A stretch of 63,181 nucleotides of DNA, counting the filler, from Octopus bimaculoides (taxonomy: Eukaryota): NCBI RefSeq assembly GCF_001194135.2. It is 4 parts of 4 records of this genome, joined end to end, with 100 filler letters (N's around TTAATTAATTAA, not from the genome) between each part and the next. Parts side by side here need not be neighbours in the genome. Positions count along the whole stretch, not along the records: positions 22,613 to 45,906 come from NC_069005.1; 3 more parts are not named here. One strand, given 5' to 3'. The stretch's first letter is position 1. Each line of letters starts with the position of its first letter. The notes beneath the pieces were generated by a model that saw nothing but the letters and a program-made list of their open reading frames with translations, was not told the DNA's origin and did not search any database. Made by a program: the position numbers and the translations under genes. Shown here one piece after another: positions 25,009 to 37,130 of this stretch.

Positions 25009-26074
25009 NNNNNNNNNNNNNNNNNNNNNNNNNNNNNNNNNNNNNNNNNNNNNNNNNNNNNNNNNNNNNNNNNNNNNNNNNNNNNNNNNNNNNNNNNNNN
25101 NNNNNNNNNNNNNNNNNNNNNNNNNNNNNNNNNNNNNNNNNNNNNNNNNNNNNNNNNNNNNNNNNNNNNNNNNNNNNNNNNNNNNNNNNNNNNNNNNNNN
25201 NNNNNNNNNNNNNNNNNNNNNNNNNNNNNNNNNNNNNNNNNNNNNNNNNNNNNNNNNNNNNNNNNNNNNNNNNNNNNNNNNNNNNNNNNNNNNNNNNNNN
25301 NNNNNNNNNNNNNNNNNNNNNNNNNNNNNNNNNNNNNNNNNNNNNNNNNNNNNNNNNNNNNNNNNNNNNNNNNNNNNNNNNNNNNNNNNNNNNNNNNNNN
25401 NNNNNNNNNNNNNNNNNNNNNNNNNNNNNNNNNNNNNNNNNNNNNNNNNNNNNNNNNNNNNNNNNNNNNNNNNNNNNNNNNNNNNNNNNNNNNNNNNNNN
25501 NNNNNNNNNNNNNNNNNNNNNNNNNNNNNNNNNNNNNNNNNNNNNNNNNNNNNNNNNNNNNNNNNNNNNNNNNNNNNNNNNNNNNNNNNNNNNNNNNNNN
25601 NNNNNNNNNNNNNNNNNNNNNNNNGGGGGTGGGGGTGGGTAGGAAAGAAACTAAATAAAACAAGATAAACATAAACAAGAATATCGTTTACCCAACATAT
25701 TTCAACGATTCTATTTGATGAAAACATCAGCTGGATTTATCCGTATGAACCACACGACGGCCACTTACTTTGTATATAGCTGCTGCTGCTGCTGCTGCTG
25801 TTGCTGCTGCTACTGTTGCCGTTGTTGCCATTGCTACAGCTATGCCGCTGCTCTTTCAACTTATGTGCCACTATTGTGCCACTACTGTTGCTAATGATGT
25901 TACATCATTGTGGCCAGTATCAGCTGTTTTTTTACGAGGACGTAAACACACCAGCACTGTTGTCAAGCGGCGGTGGGGGACAGGCTCAGACACAAAGACA
26001 CACACACACACACACACAAACGCATACACATATGTATGCGTGTATGTATGTATATATATATTAGTATATATATG

Positions 26075-26105
<31 letters not shown>

Positions 26106-26938
26106 ATAAGAGTGAAAAAACTACAGAAGGTTTGTGTTACATGGTTAAAGTATATATTTAAATTATGTCAGAAAAATGTAAGAAAAATGTTATAAAAATG
26201 TTATAAAATCTTTTTGGTATATAAACATTGTATTTTGAGAAATAACCGGTTTCGTGTTGTCTTTTCAAATTTCTCTACTTCNNNNNNNNNNNNNNNNNNN
26301 NNNNNNNNNNNNNNNNNNNNNNNNNNNNNNNNNNNNNNNNNNNNNNNNNNNNNNNNNNNNNNNNNNNNNNNNNNNNNNNNNNNNNNNNNNNNNNNNNNNN
26401 NNNNNNNNNNNNNNNNNNNNNNNNNNNNNNNNNNNNNNNNNNNNNNNNNNNNNNNNNNNNNNNNNNNNNNNNNNNNNNNNNNNNNNNNNNNNNNNNNNNN
26501 NNNNNNNNNNNNNNNNNNNNNNNNNNNNNNNNNNNNNNNNNNNNNNNNNNNNNNNNNNNNNNNNNNNNNNNNNNNNNNNNNNNNNNNNNNNNNNNNNNNN
26601 NNNNNNNNNNNNNNNNNNNNNNNNNNNNNNNNNNNNNNNNNNNNNNNNNNNNNNNNNNNNNNNNNNNNNNNNNNNNNNNNNNNNNNNNNNNNNNNNNNNN
26701 NNNNNNNNNNNNNNNNNNNNNNNNNNNNNNNNNNNNNNNNNNNNNNNNNNNNNNNNNNNNNNNNNNNNNNNNNNNNNNNNNNNNNNNNNNNNNNNNNNNN
26801 NNNNNNNNNNNNNNNNNNNNNNNNNNNNNNNNNNNNNNNNNNNNNNNNNNNNNNNNNNNNNNNNNNNNNNNNNNNNNNNNNNNNNNNNNNNNNNNNNNNN
26901 NNNNNNNNNNNNNNNNNNNNNNNNNNNNNNNNNNNNNN

Positions 26939-26988
<50 letters not shown>

Positions 26989-27773
26989 AGCACAAACGCG
27001 TGTGTTCGTGAGTACGGGCAATGTGTGTTCACAAGTTTTATTACACGTTATGTCTTACGAACAAAATAAACGAACTCAGTGCCATAGCAAAGGAAGATGT
27101 TTAACATTTTTGTTACAGTTCCAGCTTAAAACATTCCGTTATTCAGAGCTTCACCATAAAGCCATGGACGATTCTCAGGCAAAGCAGTTGGCATATTGAA
27201 TATTTCATAACTTTGGTTTTATTAGCGTTTATACTGCTTCTATTTAAATTATTACGGGATATTAACCTGCAGAATTCCAGTTAAATCTTTATATCTGGTG
27301 GCCCAATCAAACACGTTAGGCAGTATTTATTTTCGTAGAGATACTTAGTAATAAATATATTCAGGTTTGTTATTTGATGTGTTTGCTCTTTTGGCGAGGT
27401 TGCAGTATTTTTCCACACTGCAAATCACGCTGTTACTAGGATATTTTATTGACGCTCTGTACAGCCCATGCTATTTGGAACATACCAAATCTATTATATT
27501 TTAAATGACTCGACAATGCTATTATTATATTTGTTTTGTTTTTGGCTTTTGAAAGTTCCCTTAAGCATTCCGATATATAATCCAAAAGGTTGTGCGTTTG
27601 TAAGAATCGTGGAAGTAACTCGATGAATTCGTGGTTCAGCTTTGTACAAAGCGGTGAGGGAATGCAATAATCAATTTTGGCCCTTGTTGTTACCTTCCCA
27701 ATTATCTAGGTGTTTGCTAAATTTCCACAAGACTAGTAATAGAGTATTGTAGCATTTCTTCAAATTCCTATAT

Positions 27774-27810
<37 letters not shown>

Positions 27811-28628
27811 NNNNNNNNNNNNNNNNNNNNNNNNNNNNNNNNNNNNNNNNNNNNNNNNNNNNNNNNNNNNNNNNNNNNNNNNNNNNNNNNNNNNNNNNNN
27901 NNNNNNNNNNNNNNNNNNNNNNNNNNNNNNNNNNNNNNNNNNNNNNNNNNNNNNNNNNNNNNNNNNNNNNNNNNNNNNNNNNNNNNNNNNNNNNNNNNNN
28001 NNNNNNNNNNNNNNNNNNNNNNNNNNNNNNNNNNNNNNNNNNNNNNNNNNNNNNNNNNNNNNNNNNNNNNNNNNNNNNNNNNNNNNNNNNNNNNNNNNNN
28101 NNNNNNNNNNNNNNNNNNNNNNNNNNNNNNNNNNNNNNNNNNNNNNNNNNNNNNNNNNNNNNNNNNNNNNNNNNNNNNNNNNNNNNNNNNNNNNNNNNNN
28201 NNNNNNNNNNNNNNNNNNNNNNNNNNNNNNNNNNNNNNNNNNNNNNNNNNNNNNNNNNNNNNNNNNNNNNNNNNNNNNNNNNNNNNNNNNNNNNNNNNNN
28301 NNNNNNNNNNNNNNNNNNNNNNNNNNNNNNNNNNNNNNNNNNNNNNNNNNNNNNNNNNNNNNNNNNNNNNNNNNNNNNNNNNNNNNNNNNNNNNNNNNNN
28401 NNNNNNNNNNNNNNNNNNNNNNNNNNNNNNNNNNNNNNNNNNNNNNNNNNNNNNNNNNNNNNNNNNNNNNNNNNNNNNNNNNNNNNNNNNNNNNNNNNNN
28501 NNNNNNNNNNNNNNNNNNNNNTGTCTTTAGTAGAAGACAATCGCCCAAGGTTCCATGCAGTGGGACCGAACCCGGAACAATGTGGTTGGGAAGCAAACGT
28601 TTTAACACACAGCCATGCCGGTGCCAAT

Positions 28629-28679
<51 letters not shown>

Positions 28680-28998
28680 GATACACACATACACATATGT
28701 ACGCATATACGCACACCTGTATGTCTGTGTGCATATATATGAATGCATGCACACACACACACAAAGATAAAGTCCCCCCCCACACACAAAGATAAAGCCA
28801 CACACACACACACACAGATACAGACACACACATATGCACGCATATACGCACACCTCTATATTTGTGTGCATATATATGACTGCATGCACACACACACGCG
28901 CACACATACACAAATATTGATAGATATTGATAAAGACACAAGCAAATATGTATGCGTATGTGTATGTTTATTTTTCACATACACATATACACACGCAT

Positions 28999-29075
<77 letters not shown>

Positions 29076-29356
29076 TACATCTATATATACATCTATGTAT
29101 ACATGCATCTCTATATACATCCATTTATACATCTATATATATGCATGCTTACATCTATATATATGCATACATCTATATATACGCGAGAGAGAGAGAGAGA
29201 GAGAGACAGAGAGAGAGAGAGTCAGACAGACAGACAGACAGACAGGCATTACATTATAATGTTCTTTTAAAACATACACAACACAGACATCCTTGTTTTA
29301 AAATACTACTCTAGATAAGATTTTAATAGTTTACATTTCTATTTTTGTCTTCCTTC

Positions 29357-29407
<51 letters not shown>

Positions 29408-29598
29408 TCGTTCTTTTTTTCTTTCTTTCTTTCTTCCTTTCTTTCCTCCTCTCTATCTCTGTCGTCCTGCGCCACTCTAATCCTCTTTTTCTTCTTTTTC
29501 TCTCTGTCTCTCGTTTTACTTCCTATTATCCACTCTTTTGCCTTCAATTCTTTTTCACGTCCGTCTGTCTGTCCGTCTGTCTGTCTGTCTGTCTGTCT

Positions 29599-29633
<35 letters not shown>

Positions 29634-30572
29634 CCTCTCTCTCGTACACACATACATAACACATACACATACACACATACACACACACACATCTTTATCT
29701 CATTTTCCCACTCTGTCTCTCACTCTCGCACACACATTCTCTCCCTCCCTCTCTCTCTGNNNNNNNNNNNNNNNNNNNNNNNNNNNNNNNNNNNNNNNNN
29801 NNNNNNNNNNNNNNNNNNNNNNNNNNNNNNNNNNNNNNNNNNNNNNNNNNNNNNNNNNNNNNNNNNNNNNNNNNNNNNNNNNNNNNNNNNNNNNNNNNNN
29901 NNNNNNNNNNNNNNNNNNNNNNNNNNNNNNNNNNNNNNNNNNNNNNNNNNNNNNNNNNNNNNNNNNNNNNNNNNNNNNNNNNNNNNNNNNNNNNNNNNNN
30001 NNNNNNNNNNNNNNNNNNNNNNNNNNNNNNNNNNNNNNNNNNNNNNNNNNNNNNNNNNNNNNNNNNNNNNNNNNNNNNNNNNNNNNNNNNNNNNNNNNNN
30101 NNNNNNNNNNNNNNNNNNNNNNNNNNNNNNNNNNNNNNNNNNNNNNNNNNNNNNNNNNNNNNNNNNNNNNNNNNNNNNNNNNNNNNNNNNNNNNNNNNNN
30201 NNNNNNNNNNNNNNNNNNNNNNNNNNNNNNNNNNNNNNNNNNNNNNNNNNNNNNNNNNNNNNNNNNNNNNNNNNNNNNNNNNNNNNNNNNNNNNNNNNNN
30301 NNNNNNNNNNNNNNNNNNNNNNNNNNNNNNNNNNNNNNNNNNNNNNNNNNNNNNNNNNNNNNNNNNNNNNNNNNNNNNNNNNNNNNNNNNNNNNNNNNNN
30401 NNNNNNNNNNNNNNNNNNNNNNNNNNNNNNNNNNNNNNNNNNNNNNNNNNNNNNNNNNNNNNNNNNNNNNNNNNNNNNNNNNNNNNNNNNNNNNNNNNNN
30501 NNNNNNNNNNNNNNNNNNNNNNNNNNNNNNNNNNNNNNNNNNNNNNNNNNNNNNNNNNNNNNNNNNNNNNNN

Positions 30573-30639
<67 letters not shown>

Positions 30640-32720
30640 ACATAATGTGTGGGAAGGTGCCAAGAAAGGTGTAGAATAGATAAGCGTCGGACCGGATCTT
30701 GAACTGGTTCTAATTCTTAAACCCATCAACCTAATCATGGGGAAATAGCCCTGTGAAAGCAGAGCTACTCTTCTCGTTTATCTTTTACTTGTTTCAGTCA
30801 TTAGACTGCGGCCATGCTGGGGCACCGCCCTGAAGATGTTTTAGTCAAAAGAATCGACCCCAGTACTTTTCTTTCTTAAAAAAAAAACAAAACAAAAACG
30901 CATAGATCGAGTAGGAATTAATAAAAGGATAACAGATGGGCAAGTTATATGGCATCGAGTCATTTATAAAAATGTTACACATAAATATAATTAACAAGGG
31001 AAAAAATTTAGTCAGTGAAAAGTCTATACAGCTGTTTCGAAAATTCGGTGACTGGTGCATAATGTGTACTATGCAAAGAAGCTATGCATAATGACGCTTG
31101 TTTTCCTTCCTTTGAAAGGGTTCGCTGATGTGACACTCATAGATTGAATGGTTTTATGTATCATACTCATGTGTTAATATTAGATTCTGCTGTGCGTTAT
31201 TGGAAGTACCATTATGAGTTCAAACAAGCATTATTATTATTTTTATTTTACGTTTTATTATTTTCCCTTTTACTTTAGTGAGGCTTTCGTTCAGAGTTCA
31301 TATCCCGTCAATAATTCTACATTTTATTCTCAAATTATAACATTTAACTATAAGGAAAAAGAAAAAAAAAAGTAAGATAAAAAAGAAAAAGAAAGTAAAA
31401 AGGGGGATAAAGCAGTATATGTTCGTGGGAGCAGGGCGATGGGCACACATCCTGGATAAACTGATGTACTCAGCCGCGCACCGCGATGTTGACCACGATG
31501 GCGTTGCCGTGGAAAATGGCCAGCAACACTTGCTGCAGCAACTGCTCCTACACGCGGAGCTCATTTCTCAGACCGGTCGCCTTGTCTATATTTATATATC
31601 ACAGAGAAGCTAGATATTCTAATCTCAATTGAGAACATCTTGAACATCAGGGAAGAGACTTCCTCTCCTGGTTCCCAAATATTGCAATCTAAACTGCGGA
31701 ATTTAAACCATGACACCACACCGAACGCTCCACCTATCCAGCCTGGATAACTTAAGTTATATCCCATTTGTTCCCCACACTCCCCACCAGTCTTTTACGC
31801 TCTCTTCATAGCCATAACCACCTTATATTACCACTCTTAAGCGCTCGTACTTAAATTCAAAGCATATGTGTACCAAATACACACATATAACAATTATAAT
31901 TGATATGCACGTGCACTACATTCACAACCGCACGAGCGTACGCACACACACACACACACACACACATACATGAACACACGCATATTATACATATACATTT
32001 ACAGTTACACGTATATGCATATGTACATAGAACATAAATACAAATATACATTCATACGCATATTTGAAAAAAAAAAATACCACACATGAACGCGGTAAGC
32101 ATACAGCCACATATACGGATTGTATTATACGCAAATACGTATATAGCACTTCCCCATATATAATAATATAACCGCAGGTGTGGGGGTGTGGTAAGAAATT
32201 TGCTTCGCAGCCACTTGGTACCTGGTTCAGTCTCACTGTGTGGTATCATGGGCAAGTGTCTTCTAACATAGCCNNNNNNNNNNNNNNNNNNNNNNNNNNN
32301 NNNNNNNNNNNNNNNNNNNNNNNNNNNNNNNNNNNNNNNNNNNNNNNNNNNNNNNNNNNNNNNNNNNNNNNNNNNNNNNNNNNNNNNNNNNNNNNNNNNN
32401 NNNNNNNNNNNNNNNNNNNNNNNNNNNNNNNNNNNNNNNNNNNNNNNNNNNNNNNNNNNNNNNNNNNNNNNNNNNNNNNNNNNNNNNNNNNNNNNNNNNN
32501 NNNNNNNNNNNNNNNNNNNNNNNNNNNNNNNNNNNNNNNNNNNNNNNNNNNNNNNNNNNNNNNNNNNNNNNNNNNNNNNNNNNNNNNNNNNNNNNNNNNN
32601 NNNNNNNNNNNNNNNNNNNNNNNNNNNNNNNNNNNNNNNNNNNNNNNNNNNNNNNNNNNNNNNNNNNNNNNNNNNNNNNNNNNNNNNNNNNNNNNNNNNN
32701 NNNNNNNNNNNNNNNNNNNN

Positions 32721-32900
32721 AATAGATGATCATCAGATGGGGGCAATGTCCGGCGAATATGGTGGGTGGGGGAATCGTTTCCCATTCAAACTGTTCCAGC
32801 CTTTGGAATGTCATCCTCGCTGTATGTGGCCGAGCATTATCCTGGTGGAAGAAACACCTTTCGTCTTCAAAACAAAGATGCTTGTTTTTCACTTGCTTGC
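32721..32900 (-). mobile_element. Mariner (DD34D) transposase fragment, truncated by an assembly gap
   Basis: FHQDNARPHTARMT..LEQFEWETIP; a frameshifted continuation resembles HPPYSPDIAPSDYHL. Confidence 0.85.
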
Positions 32901-32929
32901 TTGAGCCCCGTCTCCCAACCTCTGATGGA

Positions 32930-33310
32930 GTCGTAGGTTTACCATGAGGACATATTGCACATCAATTTTTCCCACCTGCCGCGGTTGGGTGCCAGTGCTT
33001 AGGTCTACGCTAACGTTTTGTCTGTTCGTTCTTTGTTATTGGCCATCTGTATATTCCACTTGCACCTCTCCTTTTATTCATTACATGTTCCTTAGACAAT
33101 GGTCTTTGCAAAGTCATAAAGTCTTGCTCTACGTGAACACTGTCTCAGCTGTCTTTTCTTTTCTTCACCTTTGTGAAAAGTTCTCCAAGATCGTCAATGT
33201 GATGCTGGCTGGTTTCTTTTTTCGGACCTGTTTGTGATGTGGTCCAAGTACGAGATGCCTCACATGTTGCAGTAGCTTCTCGTTTCTCGTACCTCTACTT
33301 TCTCCTGTAT
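32930..33310 (-). mobile_element. RTE-clade LINE 3' coding fragment
   Basis: Frameshifted minus-strand pieces ISYLDHITN, ELFTKVKKRK, FAKTIV*GT and LAPNRGRWEKL follow the RTE C-terminal pattern (ISYxDHITN..VKKRKL..AKTILQGT..LAxDRxxW). Confidence 0.65.
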
Positions 33311-33751
33311 CTCTGCAGTGAACGCTCTGTGTTCTATAACCTAAGAAGATATATCTGCACACACACATACGTTCACACACAAACACACGCACGCACATAC
33401 ACGCACACGCTCGCACATAGAGACACACACACAAACGCACGTGCACACACACAGTCACACACGCGTACACACACACTGGCAAACACAGAGACACACACAT
33501 ACGCACACACCCACGCGTGCACAGTCTCACACGAACATACTCAAACCCACTCACCCATACTCACCCACACACATACGCACTCAATTAACCTCTTTTCCCG
33601 ACCCCACCGTTCAGGTCACTTTTTAAAAAAAGAATACCAAAATGGTGTTTATACGATTTACTTCAATTCCGTTGGACATCTTAGATCCACAGTTTGACAG
33701 AAATATTCAATATGGAAAGAAAACACTTCCGATATACATACGATACATAAG

Positions 33752-33965
33752 TAGCGAGCTGGCAGAATCGGTAGCGCGCCGGGCTAAATACTTAGCGGCA
33801 TTTCGTCTGTCTTTACGTTCTAAGTTCAAATTCCACCGCGGTCTACTTTGCCTTTCATCCTTTCGAGTTCGATAAAGTAAGTACCAGTTGCGTACTGAAG
33901 TCCATCCAATCGACTGCCCCACCTTCCCCAAAATTTCAGGCCTTATGCCTAGAGTAGAAACGGAT
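33752..33965 (+). mobile_element. SINE family A
   Basis: gcgagctggcagaatcggtagcgcgccggg...gttcaaattccacc...aaatttcaggccttatgcctagagtagaa. Confidence 0.85.
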
Positions 33966-34534
33966 ATTTCATCACTATTACTCTAAGTGTATTGGTTGGG
34001 GAGAATCGTTTCACGCATTGTCATTTCATAATTAACAGGCGTTCAATTCTCAGTAGAGTCGTAGGGGTAAGTTTTGATGCGGCACAGTCCATTTCTCAGC
34101 AGGTTTGACAGGACCGCCACCAGTTTTCTTCAATAATGATATAGTGGTGTGTGTGTGTGTCTTCTGGGCAGTGGATGCAATTATAAATCCTACACACACT
34201 TAGACACACAAATAATAATTAATCACATCTAATTAGTTGAGTGTTTCATTATCTTTCACTGAAAGATAATGTAATGAATTGTCAACGCCATTCGGATTGT
34301 CTGTGGTTGTTGTTGTTGTTGTTCTCTTTCTTCTTTTTCTTTCTTTCTTTCTTCTTTTTCTTCTTCTTTCTTTCTTCTTTTTCTTCTTCTTTCTTTCTTT
34401 CCTTCCCCGTCCCTACCCTTTCCATATCATATCCGTTATTCACCAGCGTACTAATCCCTTTTGTATATACATACGTCTTTATGTATGTATGTATGTATGT
34501 ACGTACGTATGTATGTATGTAAGTATGTATGTAT

Positions 34535-34597
<63 letters not shown>

Positions 34598-34798
34598 TAT
34601 ATATATATACACACATACACACACACACACAAATGCACACACGCACACAAACGCACACACATATATATCTTCCTCTCTGTGTTTATAATTCAATCTTCAC
34701 TCAGAATTGTTTGTTTGTCTTTCGTTTCTCAAACACCAACTGGTTCTTTTTGTTGTTTTTTTGTTGTTGTTCCCGTCACTTTTTTTCAGACCCACTTA

Positions 34799-34884
<86 letters not shown>

Positions 34885-35517
34885 TTATATAGATAAACAC
34901 AAATTGCCTCTGTATGTGTGTGTGTGTGTGTGTGTGCCTGCGTATATACACATGCATAAGTAAATATATTTCTCATTTACTCTTTTTGATGCGTTAGATC
35001 AGATAACAAAATGTCGAGATTTAGCCACCAGCTGAACAAAGACTAACTATTGCTAGTTAATGGTGTAACACTGTTTAGTGTGTTTCGAATCTAAAGTAAT
35101 AAATTAGAAATGTTTGACAGGAGATCGCTTTCTCGTACCTCACTAACTAGAGCTTCTACTGACATTTTCCGTCATCACACCAAACAGCTTTTGATATACC
35201 GCTTTATCTCTGAATCACTAAGGCGAAATGAGCTGAAAGGTAACATGACCGCGTCCGAGCCTCACAGCGGCCTTTGGATCGATGTGGTGCTATTACTCGC
35301 AACTGGCACACAGCTTCATAGCGATTGTCTGCGCATCGGCGTTCCTCTGATGCTTGGTCTCCAGATCTCTGTGAGCTTCATGAATGACGCTGCGGCTCAA
35401 CTGGGAATTCTTTCGGTCTCCACGCACTGACAAATTTGTCATAGTGCTATCCGATTTAAATATCACTGAAAGCAAAGAAATTGGTATATAATTTAATCAC
35501 ACACGCATTGCACTGTA

Positions 35518-35645
35518 CAGGGTGTCCATAAAATCTGGGTACATGGGGTCAATAAAAATCATAGCATAAACAATTAAATATAAGAAATAATAATTTCTTA
35601 AAGTATGTGTTAATCCCCATGTACCCAGACTTTGTGGACACCCTG
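35518..35645. mobile_element. Tc1/mariner-type MITE, copy 1
   Basis: TIRs of about 30 bp (CAGGGTGTCCA(T/C)AAA..CTGGGTACATGGGG / CCCCATGTACCCAGACTTTGTGGACACCCTG), flanked by TA. Confidence 0.85.
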
Positions 35646-35655
35646 TATATATATA

Positions 35656-35782
35656 CAGGGTGTCCACAAAGTCTGGGTACATGGAGTAAATAAAATCATA
35701 ACATTAACAATTAAATATGAGAAATAATAATTTCTTAAAGTATGTGTTAATCCCCATATACCCAGACTTTGTGGACACTCTG
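35656..35782. mobile_element. Tc1/mariner-type MITE, copy 2 (tandem with copy 1)
   Basis: Same TIRs and near-identical interior as copy 1; separated by a (TA)n spacer and TA-flanked. Confidence 0.85.
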
Positions 35783-36025
35783 TATTGTTGGTTTGGAGTG
35801 GGGGTAAACTATGTATCTACTGCACAAACTTCCCATCTCAACACATAGAATACATATTTAATCTTAGAATGGTTAACAAAGTCCATCTGTTGCCTACCTT
35901 TCATTGAGACCCTCATGTAGAAAAACGATGGATGGTTACAAATGGAACGGTTTTGATCACATGTCTACTTAATCAAGGCTGACTTCGAGCTAATCAACAG
36001 CAACAGGAACAACAACGTTCAGAGG

Positions 36026-36220
36026 ACGGCGAGTTGGTAGAACCGTTGGCACGACGGGCAAAATGCCTATCAGCATTCGTCCATCTTTATGTTCTAAGTA
36101 AAAATTCTGCCATGGTCGACTTTACCTTTCATCCTTTTAAGGTCGATAAACTAAATACCAGTTGAACTGACTTTATCCCTTCGCCTGAAATCGCTGGTCT
36201 TGTCCCAAAATTTGAAACCA
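36026..36220 (+). mobile_element. SINE family A, diverged
   Basis: ggcgagttggtagaaccgttggcacgacgggcaaaatg...ggtcgactttacctttcatccttt. Confidence 0.75.
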
Positions 36221-36640
36221 ATAATTTGTGACTCTTTAATAGTTTTATACAGATTTAATGTGAGTTTCTATGATTTTTGTTTTGAGAAATATAATATACA
36301 GTAGTTTCTGGGATTGTGAGTGGCAACGAATGGAATAATTCTATATCAACTCTCTAAGATCATTTAACAGATAGAGGAACCATTTCTTTGTAAGATTAAT
36401 CTTACCTCACAAAAGGGTTCTCAGCCTCATTATCCTATCACACAATCTCATCTCATTACAGAAATATCGTACCTATTGCGGTTTAGACACTCATCCAGGA
36501 TTTAAAGGCGCGCGGCATATGTTGCTAATACTTATATATTGTAGCAGCTCTTGGGGCGACATTAAGAGACCATATGCCTTCCATCTCTTTCTCTTTCGTT
36601 TAATATCTTTTACTTTTGTTTTCTCTTCTGTCTTTTGTAG

Positions 36641-36720
36641 AACGGACATATCGACACCAAACAGTGATAGATGAAGAACAGGTGCTGTTGGAGATATTGG
36701 ACACTGCAGGGCCCGCCAAG
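36641..36720 (+). CDS. RERG: Internal coding exon (80 nt, phase 1 to phase 0) of the RERG-like GTPase: (E)[26 protein letters not shown], containing the G3 box DTAG
   Basis: Long pyrimidine tract ending tcttttgtag; donor AAG|gtatat. The peptide resembles RERG [23 protein letters not shown] and splices in frame to 23064-23120. Confidence 0.88.
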
Positions 36721-36841
36721 GTATATATATATATATCAATTCATCCAACCATGTATACATACATACGTGCCCGCATACGTACATAGATGTATACACATAT
36801 GCACACATATGCACACATACATGAATACATACAAATACATA

Positions 36842-36899
<58 letters not shown>

Positions 36900-36971
36900 G
36901 TTTTAGGTTTTTCTAAAAGAAATATTCTACGTAATATGGCAAGACGTGTATGTACAATAGAGAATAGATAT

Positions 36972-37130
36972 TCTTTTCTACTCTAGGCACGAGGCCCGAC
37001 ATTTTGGGGGAGGGAGGGCCAGTCGATTAGATCGACCCCAGTACGCAACTGGTACTTAATTTATCGATCCCGAAAGGATGAAAGGCAAAGTCGACCTCGG
37101 CAGAATTTGAACTCAGAACGTAAATGCCTT
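36972..37130 (-). mobile_element. SINE family A (3' two-thirds), antisense
   Basis: ttttctactctaggcacgaggccc...aaggatgaaaggcaaagtcgacctcggcagaatttgaactcagaacg is the reverse complement of the consensus. Confidence 0.85.
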
